From: Sphingobium sp.
GTDB taxonomy: Bacteria; Pseudomonadota; Alphaproteobacteria; Sphingomonadales; Sphingomonadaceae
Assembly (NCBI RefSeq): GCF_033795625.1
Contig: NZ_JARYGI010000015.1
Span: 7,518-71,517, forward strand
Length of the DNA: 64,000 nucleotides
Reading direction: 5' to 3'
Shown: piece by piece, positions 57,554 to 64,000 of the stretch
Position numbering within the stretch: position 1 is the first letter of the stretch
How the letters are laid out: the number at the start of each line of letters is the position of its first letter
Notes under the pieces: model-generated
The model's database searches: none
What the model saw: only the letters and a program-made list of their open reading frames with translations
Told to the model about the DNA's origin: nothing
Translations under genes and position numbers: made by a program

Positions 57554-57973
57554 ATGCTGTCTCAGAAGACCCGCTACGCCATTCGCGCGCTTCAGCACCT
57601 TGCCGATAATTACGGTCAGGGCCCGGTGCCGCTGACCGACATTGCGGAAACCCAGAATATACCGGCGAAGTTTCTGACGGTGATCTTGTCGGAACTATCG
57701 CGAGAGGGGCTAGTGGCGACCCAGCGCGGTCGGGACGGAGGCTACTGGCTGGCCCTGTCGCCCATCGACATCAGCTATGGCGACATCGTGCGACTGACGA
57801 GAGGATCGTTGGCGCTCACCCCATGCGCGAGTCGGTTCGCGCATGAGCAGTGTACGAATTGCCTGCCGGAGTCGGAATGTAGATTGCATCGCCTCATGCT
57901 TCTCGTGCGCGACGAAACCGCGCGTGTGCTGGACGGAATCAGCCTCGCGGAGCCGGTGCCGCTCGAAGCTTGA
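57554..57973 (+). CDS. Rrf2 family transcriptional regulator (three Cys, possible Fe-S type)
   Basis: 'MLSQKTRYAIRALQHLA...IPAKFLTVILSELSREGLVATQRGRDGGYWL'. Cys residues in 'TPCASRFAHEQCTNCLPESEC'. Confidence 0.88.
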   Translation: MLSQKTRYAIRALQHLADNYGQGPVPLTDIAETQNIPAKFLTVILSELSREGLVATQRGRDGGYWLALSPIDISYGDIVRLTRGSLALTPCASRFAHEQCTNCLPESECRLHRLMLLVRDETARVLDGISLAEPVPLEA

Positions 57974-58137
57974 AGGCGCCGGGCAGGACGGCCTGGAGAT
58001 GTGCTTCGGCTCCAAATTTGCTGAGACTTAAGCTGACATTCAGACTGCCCAGATTTTGCCACATTTGATCGCTGCGCTATTGTCTACCGCGATAATAGAA
58101 TTATGTATTCAGTACCACGTCAAGTGTCAGGAGCAGA

Positions 58138-58812
58138 GTGATGGAAAGGTTCGGACAGTCGGGATGCGCGCAGCAGCCAGTCGTGTTGACTGTGCCCGGC
58201 CTTAACAATAGTGGCTCCGGCCATTGGCAGACAGTCTGGGAACAAACCCGCGGCGATTGTCATCGCGTGGACCTTGGAAGCTGGGCGAGTCCTGCCCGCA
58301 ATGCCTGGGTGAACCGGCTGGATGCCGCGATCCGGGAGACTGCCCATTCGCACGGCGCACCGATCATCCTTGCCGCCCACAGCCTTGGATGTCTGGCGGT
58401 CGCGTGGTGGGGGGCGTTGCAAAATCAGCCTTATGGTTGGCCCGTGGCGGGTGCATTGCTCGTCGCTCCGCCCGATTGCGACCGCATGGAAACGCCGGAA
58501 ACGATCGGCGGCTTCGGGCCCGTGCCGCGGGGATCGTTACCCTTCCCGTCCATCTTGGTCGCAAGCCGCAATGACCCCTATATCTTCTTCGAACGTGCGC
58601 ACAGCATCGGCAAGAACTGGGGCAGTACCATCGTGGACGCCGGTCACAGCGGCCACATCAACGCGGAAAGTGGACTGGGCGACTGGCGGTTCGGGCAATC
58701 CTTGCTGGATCGGTTGATCACCATAGCCGACGCCCAGATCCCTGGGCAGCAGGCGCGCCCCTTTCCCCTCGGTGCTCGAGAAGGGGCAAGGGAGTTGCCT
58801 CAGGCAATATAG
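58138..58812 (+). CDS. Alpha/beta hydrolase, YdeN/RBBP9-like serine hydrolase family
   Basis: 'VLTVPGLNNSGSGHWQTVWE', nucleophile elbow 'AHSLGC', 'DAGHSGHIN'. Confidence 0.8.
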   Translation: MMERFGQSGCAQQPVVLTVPGLNNSGSGHWQTVWEQTRGDCHRVDLGSWASPARNAWVNRLDAAIRETAHSHGAPIILAAHSLGCLAVAWWGALQNQPYGWPVAGALLVAPPDCDRMETPETIGGFGPVPRGSLPFPSILVASRNDPYIFFERAHSIGKNWGSTIVDAGHSGHINAESGLGDWRFGQSLLDRLITIADAQIPGQQARPFPLGAREGARELPQAI

Positions 58813-58899
58813 GGTAGCAAGTTTATCTTCCACCTGCCGCAGCTTTGCTTTTTTGTCTATTTCAAAGGTTGAGATATGAGGGGCCGCAAGAGGGAACCG

Positions 58900-59097
58900 A
58901 TGAGTAACAACGAACCTGAACGCTTTGCCAGCCATGCGCATTTGGCCTCCGCGCCTGTCCGTATCGACATAGAGCGGAGCGTCGCTGCGGTACGATCGGC
59001 CCTGGAGGCGCTGCGCTTCGGGTCCGTCACACTGATCATTCACGATTCCCGGGTCGTACAACTCGACGTTACTGAAAAGACGCGCTTCTCGACTTAG
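58900..59097 (+). CDS. YezD/DUF2292-like small protein
   Basis: 'ALEALRFGSVTLIIHDSRVVQLDVTEKTRF'. The ATG at 58900 is preceded by 'gaggga'. Confidence 0.6.
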   Translation: MSNNEPERFASHAHLASAPVRIDIERSVAAVRSALEALRFGSVTLIIHDSRVVQLDVTEKTRFST

Positions 59098-59175
59098 TTC
59101 TACTGCTTCTGGTTTCTACCGGACTTCCGGAGAGCCCATCATCCATCCGACAACGGAATATATAAGGGGGTTTCA

Positions 59176-61644
59176 ATGACCGTGCGTTTCTTGTTGCTCG
59201 CCACTGCGGCGAGCGCATCTCTGATTGCGCCTGGCGTTCATGCGCAGGAGCAAGGTGCGCCTGTCGCTCCAGCTGAGGTGGAAGCAGCACCCACCACGAC
59301 CAATGCGATCATCGTCACGGCCCGCCGCCGTGCAGAGAGCGCGCAGGACGTGCCGCTGGCCATCGCCGTGCTGGACGCAAAGACGCTCGAATCCTCCGGA
59401 ACATTCAACGTCGGGCGGCTGACCCAGCTTCAGCCATCGATTCAATTCTATTCGAGCAATCCGCGCAACTCCGCCGCCAACATCCGCGGTCTGGGCGCTC
59501 CGTTCGGCCTCACCAACGACGGCATCGAGCAGGGCGTCGGCATTTATGTCGATCAGGTCTATTATGCGCGCAGCGCTTCCTCGACCTTCGATTTCCTGGA
59601 CGTCGAGCAGATCGAAATTCTGCGGGGTCCGCAGGGCACGCTCTACGGCAAGAACACGACTGCGGGCGCCATCAACATCACGAGTCGCAAACCGAGCTTC
59701 ACGCCGGAAGGGCGAGCCGAACTGACGGTGGGCAATCTTGGTCTCGTGCAGGGTAAGGCGTCCATTTCCGGCCCGATCATCGACGACAAGCTGGCGGTTC
59801 GCCTGGGCACGTCCGTAACCAAGCGCAAGGGCGCGATTCATAACGTGGCGTCGGGCCAGGACATCAACGATCAGGACAATCTGGGCTTCAAGGCGCAGTT
59901 TCTCCTGCGCGCGACGGACAATCTGAACCTCACGCTTTCCGGGGATTACAGCCGTCAACGGCCCAATGGTTATGGCCAATATTATGTGCGCGTCGGGTCG
60001 ACTCAGCGCGCACCGGGCCGGCAATATGCTGCTCTGGCCGCTGCGTCGGGCAATTATCAGCCGCCAAGCCTCGATCCGTTTGACCGCGTGACCGATCTGG
60101 ACTCGGACCTGGACGCCAAGCAGGACTTCGGCGGCGTGTCGCTGCTCGCTGAATGGGACATCGGGCCAGGCACGCTGACATCCGTTTCCGCCTGGCGGAA
60201 ATGGAAGTGGGGGCCAGCCAACGACCGTGACTTCATCGGCCTGCCGATCACCACTGTCTCGCAGAACCCCTCGCAACAGGAGCAGTGGAGTCAGGAGTTG
60301 CGTTACGCATCGTCCGGCAAAAATGCCATCGACTATGTGTTCGGGCTCTACGCCTTCCATCAGACCGTGGATACACAGGGCCTTCAGGTGCAGGGGCCGC
60401 TGGCGAGCCGTTGGCTCTTGTCGGGAACGACCAGAAATGCTCAAGGACAAAACATTCCAAATCAGGACGTGCCGGAAATTCTTAACGGCCTGCGCTCTGA
60501 GAATGACATCGGCCTCAAAAACACCAGTCTTGCCGCTTTTGGTCAGCTAACTTGGCGCGTTACTGACGCATTGCGTATTCAGCCGGGCATCCGGCTGAAC
60601 TACGATAAGAAAGAAGGCAAGTATATTGCCGCGGTGTTCGACGGACAGGGCAATCCGGTTCCGGCAACGGGTGGTACTGCCTATAATGCCCTTCAGCGCG
60701 GCGTGCTGGCTCCGCAGAGCTACAGTCCTAAGTTCAGCGACTGGAATTTGTCATACGACCTTACCTTATCCTATGACATCGCTCGCGATATACTTGCCTA
60801 CGCAACCTATGCCCGCAGCTTCAAGTCCGGCGGTATCAACTTATCGGGTCTGCCGCTCGATACCAGCGCGACCGGAAACAATCGGCCGATTACCGAAGTT
60901 GCGACGATCAAGCCCGAAAAGGTCAATCACTTCGAAGTGGGCTTGAAGACGCAGTTCCTCGACCATCGCGCCACATTGAACCTTGCGGGCTTCTGGACGG
61001 AGATCAAGGATTACCAGGCCACGGTGACCAACAACCAGCCGGGCCTCATCCGTGGATATCTCGCGAACGCCGAGAAGATCCGCGTCCGGGGCATCGAGGC
61101 CGATTTCAGCTTCCGCCCGAGCGATCGTTTCACCCTGTATACAAATGGCGCGTTCACCGATCACGAATATGTGAGCTTCCCCAACGCGCCTTGCCCGCCT
61201 GAGCTGGCGGGCGGCACCACGGGCACGCCGATCGGCGCTCCGGGGGTTCCGAACACGAATAGCCCTGCCACGTGCAATATCTCGGGCCAATGGCTTCCGG
61301 GCATCTCGAAGTGGGCATTTGCCTATGGGGCGGAATATAACGTTCCGGCCAAGCTGCTGGGTGAGCAGGGCGAAGTCTATCTGGCGTTCGACGGCAGCTA
61401 CCGCTCGAAATTCTCGTCCAATCCTTCGCGGTCGATCTACAATGACGTCAGCGGCTATTCGCTTGCCAACTTCCGCCTGGGTTTCCGCACAAGCGACAAG
61501 TGGGACCTTTCCGGGTGGGTCCGCAATGCCTTTGACGAAGAGTATTTCGAACTGCTGCAGAACCAGTCGGGCAGCACCGGGCTAGTCGTTGGGCAACCAG
61601 CAGACCCGCGGACCTATGGCGTAACGTTGCGCGCCAGCTTCTGA
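59176..61644 (+). CDS. TonB-dependent outer-membrane receptor
   Basis: Signal 'LLATAASASLIAPGVHAQ', TonB-box-like 'NAIIVTARRR', plug 'IEILRGPQGTLYGKNTTAGAINI', C-terminal 'PRTYGVTLRASF'. Confidence 0.93.
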   Translation: MTVRFLLLATAASASLIAPGVHAQEQGAPVAPAEVEAAPTTTNAIIVTARRRAESAQDVPLAIAVLDAKTLESSGTFNVGRLTQLQPSIQFYSSNPRNSAANIRGLGAPFGLTNDGIEQGVGIYVDQVYYARSASSTFDFLDVEQIEILRGPQGTLYGKNTTAGAINITSRKPSFTPEGRAELTVGNLGLVQGKASISGPIIDDKLAVRLGTSVTKRKGAIHNVASGQDINDQDNLGFKAQFLLRATDNLNLTLSGDYSRQRPNGYGQYYVRVGSTQRAPGRQYAALAAASGNYQPPSLDPFDRVTDLDSDLDAKQDFGGVSLLAEWDIGPGTLTSVSAWRKWKWGPANDRDFIGLPITTVSQNPSQQEQWSQELRYASSGKNAIDYVFGLYAFHQTVDTQGLQVQGPLASRWLLSGTTRNAQGQNIPNQDVPEILNGLRSENDIGLKNTSLAAFGQLTWRVTDALRIQPGIRLNYDKKEGKYIAAVFDGQGNPVPATGGTAYNALQRGVLAPQSYSPKFSDWNLSYDLTLSYDIARDILAYATYARSFKSGGINLSGLPLDTSATGNNRPITEVATIKPEKVNHFEVGLKTQFLDHRATLNLAGFWTEIKDYQATVTNNQPGLIRGYLANAEKIRVRGIEADFSFRPSDRFTLYTNGAFTDHEYVSFPNAPCPPELAGGTTGTPIGAPGVPNTNSPATCNISGQWLPGISKWAFAYGAEYNVPAKLLGEQGEVYLAFDGSYRSKFSSNPSRSIYNDVSGYSLANFRLGFRTSDKWDLSGWVRNAFDEEYFELLQNQSGSTGLVVGQPADPRTYGVTLRASF

Positions 61645-61745
61645 TCGAGCCAGGCGGGGAGGGCTGACGCCTTTCCCGCCCGCAGCGACCGGGGCTGATC
61701 CTTACCCGATTTGCGCACGGATCGCGGGTAAGGTAGAGCGCTGCC

Positions 61746-62618
61746 ATGTCCACTACCTTCACTCTCGATACTTCGACCAGCCGCGCCAATCCGACGCCGG
61801 CGCCGATGAAGCGGCTTACGGTGCCCGCGATCCGCGCGCGCAAGACGGAGGGGGTCACCGCTGAGCCTATCGTGATGCTCACGGCCTATACGGCCCGCAT
61901 GGCGCAGCTGCTCGATCCGCATTGCGATTTGTTGCTTGTCGGAGACTCGCTGGGGCAGGTCGTTTATGGTCTGCCGTCCACTGTTCCGGTCAGCCTGGAT
62001 ATGATGTGCGCGCATGGCGCCGCGGTCGTGCGGGGCAGCTATCATGCGGTAGTGATTGTCGACATGCCGTTCGGCAGCTACGAAGCCTCCCCCGCTCAGG
62101 CGTTCGAAAGCGCCGCGCGTGTTCTGAAGGAAACCGGAGCGGCAGGCGTAAAGCTGGAAGGCGGCGAAGCGATGGCCGAAACGATCGCGTTCCTCTCGGC
62201 GCGCGGGATTCCGGTGTGCGGCCATGTCGGCCTGACGCCGCAGGCCGTCAACGTCCTCGGCGGTTATGGGGCGCGCGGCCGAAGCGAAGCGGAAGCGGCC
62301 AAGATTCTGCACGACGCAAAGGCAGTAGCGGAGGCCGGGGCTTTCGCGATCGTGGTCGAAGGCGTGCTGGAGGAGATTGCCGACGCGATCACTGCGGCGG
62401 TTCCTTGTCCTACCATCGGTATCGGTGCGTCGGCACGTTGCGACGGTCAGGTGCTGGTGTCGGAGGACATGCTCGGCATGTTCGATCGCGTTCCCCGGTT
62501 CGTGAAGCGCTACGAAGCGATTGCCGAGGTTATTTCTGGCGCAGCGGCACGCTATGCCAGCGACGTGCGGGACCGGAGCTTTCCCACGGACGAGCAGGTG
62601 TACCGCCCGAAAAAGTAA
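61746..62618 (+). CDS. panB: 3-methyl-2-oxobutanoate hydroxymethyltransferase
   Basis: '[32 protein letters not shown]', '[11 protein letters not shown]', 'VKLEGG', 'GHVGLTPQ'. Confidence 0.95.
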   Translation: MSTTFTLDTSTSRANPTPAPMKRLTVPAIRARKTEGVTAEPIVMLTAYTARMAQLLDPHCDLLLVGDSLGQVVYGLPSTVPVSLDMMCAHGAAVVRGSYHAVVIVDMPFGSYEASPAQAFESAARVLKETGAAGVKLEGGEAMAETIAFLSARGIPVCGHVGLTPQAVNVLGGYGARGRSEAEAAKILHDAKAVAEAGAFAIVVEGVLEEIADAITAAVPCPTIGIGASARCDGQVLVSEDMLGMFDRVPRFVKRYEAIAEVISGAAARYASDVRDRSFPTDEQVYRPKK

Positions 62619-62689
62619 GTTGCGCAAGGACGGCGGATCGCTAAGGTCCGCGGCCAATTCCCCCTGTATTGCTGTAGTAGCGGAGAGTA

Positions 62690-63403
62690 ATGTTGGCCCT
62701 GACGCCACAATCGAATGAAGCCTTTTTGCGTGAAGTGGATGATGCCGTCAGGCAGGACCGCATGCTGGGGTTCTGGCAGAATTATGGCCGCTGGCTGATT
62801 GGTGTGATTGTCGTGGGACTGATCGCCTTCGCCGGCTGGCTATACTGGGAGCATCACAGTACGCGCAAATCCGGCGAGACGGCCGAAGAGATGGCGAAGA
62901 TGCTGGACGTGATCGCGGGCGGGGGAACGCCTGACGCTGCCAAGCTGGAAGCGCTGAGCAAGGCGGATCAACCCGGTTATCGCGCTGCGGCACGGCTTGC
63001 AAAGGCTGCGGTTGCGGTCGGCAAGGGCGATCAGGCAGGCGCATTGGCCATCTACAAGAGCCTTGCCGCCGACACGAGTCTGGACCAGCCTTATCGTGAT
63101 CTGGCGCTGGTGCGCCAGACCAGCATCGAGTTCGACAAGATGAAGCCTGCAGACATCGTCGCGCGGTTGAAGCCGATTGCAGTGGCCGGCGACCCGTGGT
63201 TCGGCAGCGCAGGCGAGATGACGGCGATTGCCTACATGAAGATGGGGAAGCCCGATCTTGCCGGGCCGATCTTTGCGGCTATGGCAAAGGACACGGCAGT
63301 GCCGGAGACTATCCGTTCACGCGCGCGACAGATGGCAGGGTTATTGGGGATCGACGCGGTTGACGCGACGGAAAAAGAGGATAGCGGCAACAATGCGCAA
63401 TAA
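62690..63403 (+). CDS. YfgM-like TPR membrane-anchored protein (usual upstream partner of bamB)
   Basis: One TM segment ('WLIGVIVVGLIAFAGWLYW'), then a helical TPR-like periplasmic part. Its stop overlaps the bamB start. Confidence 0.7.
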   Translation: MLALTPQSNEAFLREVDDAVRQDRMLGFWQNYGRWLIGVIVVGLIAFAGWLYWEHHSTRKSGETAEEMAKMLDVIAGGGTPDAAKLEALSKADQPGYRAAARLAKAAVAVGKGDQAGALAIYKSLAADTSLDQPYRDLALVRQTSIEFDKMKPADIVARLKPIAVAGDPWFGSAGEMTAIAYMKMGKPDLAGPIFAAMAKDTAVPETIRSRARQMAGLLGIDAVDATEKEDSGNNAQ

Positions 63404-64000
63404 GTTGATCCGGAGCGGTGCTCTGCTGGCGGGCATCGCATTGCTTGGTGGTTGTGGCGTAATCGGCGGCAAGAAGGGCGGTCCGAAGACGCCTGTGGTC
63501 GGCAAGCGGACATCGATCCTCACCACCGAACAGGGGGTAGAGGTCGATCCGACGCTTGCCGATGTCGCAGTGGCCCTGCCCGAAACTTACGTCAACACCG
63601 AGTGGAGCCAACCGGGCGGTAGTCCGACGAAGGCGATGGGCAATGTCGCGCTGAGCGCCTCGCCGTCTCAAGCCTGGAGCGCCAGCATCGCGGGAAGCAC
63701 GCCGCGCGCACGCCTAGCGTCCTCACCCGTGGTTTCCGGCGGCAAGCTGTTCGTGATCGATGCCGACGCGCGCGTGATCGCCATGGATGCGCAGACTGGC
63801 GCGCGCCTTTGGCAGACGGCCCTGCCGGCCGAGGGCAATGGCCGTTCTCTGTTCGGCGGCGGCGTCAGCGTCGTCGGCGATCGTGTTTTCGCCTCGACGG
63901 GCGTGGGGGACGTAGCGGCGTTGAACGTCGCCGATGGGGCCGTGGTCTGGAAAAAGCGGCCCGGCGGGCCTTTGCGTGGAGCGCCGACGCTGGAAAATGG
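63393..64000 (+). CDS. bamB: Outer membrane protein assembly factor BamB (PQQ-like beta-propeller lipoprotein), 3' end outside window
   Basis: My own translation from the ATG at 63393: 'MRNKLIRSGALLAGIALLGGCGV...SSPVVSGGKLFVIDADARVIAMDAQTGARLWQT'. Lipobox LLGGC. The frame is open to the window end and is not in the supplied ORF track. Confidence 0.8.
   Translation, partial: MRNKLIRSGALLAGIALLGGCGVIGGKKGGPKTPVVGKRTSILTTEQGVEVDPTLADVAVALPETYVNTEWSQPGGSPTKAMGNVALSASPSQAWSASIAGSTPRARLASSPVVSGGKLFVIDADARVIAMDAQTGARLWQTALPAEGNGRSLFGGGVSVVGDRVFASTGVGDVAALNVADGAVVWKKRPGGPLRGAPTLEN

Noticed and set aside
58077-58098. Imperfect AT-rich palindrome 'ctattgtctaccgcgataatag' upstream of the YdeN-like hydrolase. 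Considered as an Rrf2 operator.
   Set aside because: Only the outer 5 bp pair cleanly and the centre is mismatched. The evidence is too weak to call.
59098-59175. Cobalamin or other riboswitch in front of the TonB-dependent receptor, and likewise in front of the BtuF-like gene at 55123.
   Set aside because: The spacer is only 78 nt with no B12-box-like element. The BtuF-like gene has no leader at all, because it overlaps the RidA stop.
59173-62708. Minus-strand ORFs of 425 aa (59173-60450) and 364 aa (61614-62708).
   Set aside because: Antisense to the TonB-dependent receptor and panB respectively. No motifs. High-GC artefacts.

Overview
High-GC (roughly 63-68%) alphaproteobacterial chromosome. 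By gene content and synteny it is most likely a Sphingomonadaceae member, and the window spans the dnaA region. It is almost entirely densely packed core housekeeping genes.

Main contents:
- lysC-ptsP(EI-Ntr)
- RodZ-like gene, ybgF/cpoB, tilS, ftsH
- ppc, mgtE, class I fumarase
- moeB-dut-coaBC-ubiB-ubiE, mutM, rpsT, dnaA
- trpS-murJ-secB, a Tim44-like gene, mltA, smr
- dapE, rhlE, panB, a YfgM-like gene and bamB
- two tRNA genes, Ala-CGC and Gly-UCC

I found no transposase, integrase, prophage, CRISPR array, toxin-antitoxin pair or recognisable defence island. I therefore cannot claim a clear-cut new multi-gene system here.

The most unusual items:
1. A UdgX-type (covalently DNA-crosslinking) uracil-DNA glycosylase homologue.
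2. A monocistronic HerA/FtsK-clade P-loop ATPase fused through a Pro-rich linker to a C-terminal winged-helix-like domain.
3. A soluble chemoreceptor with inverted domain order, co-directional with a small membrane protein and a hemerythrin.
4. A Tat-signal PLP aminotransferase.
5. A MoeB/ThiF gene overlapping a DsrE-like gene.
6. A 5.4-kb segment flanked by tRNA-Ala and tRNA-Gly that carries a lower-GC PL6-type polysaccharide lyase.
7. A cluster of GANTC (CcrM) sites, but no good DnaA boxes, upstream of dnaA.

The many long ORFs antisense to real genes are high-GC shadow ORFs and were rejected. All family assignments come from motif recognition by eye and memory. No searches were run.
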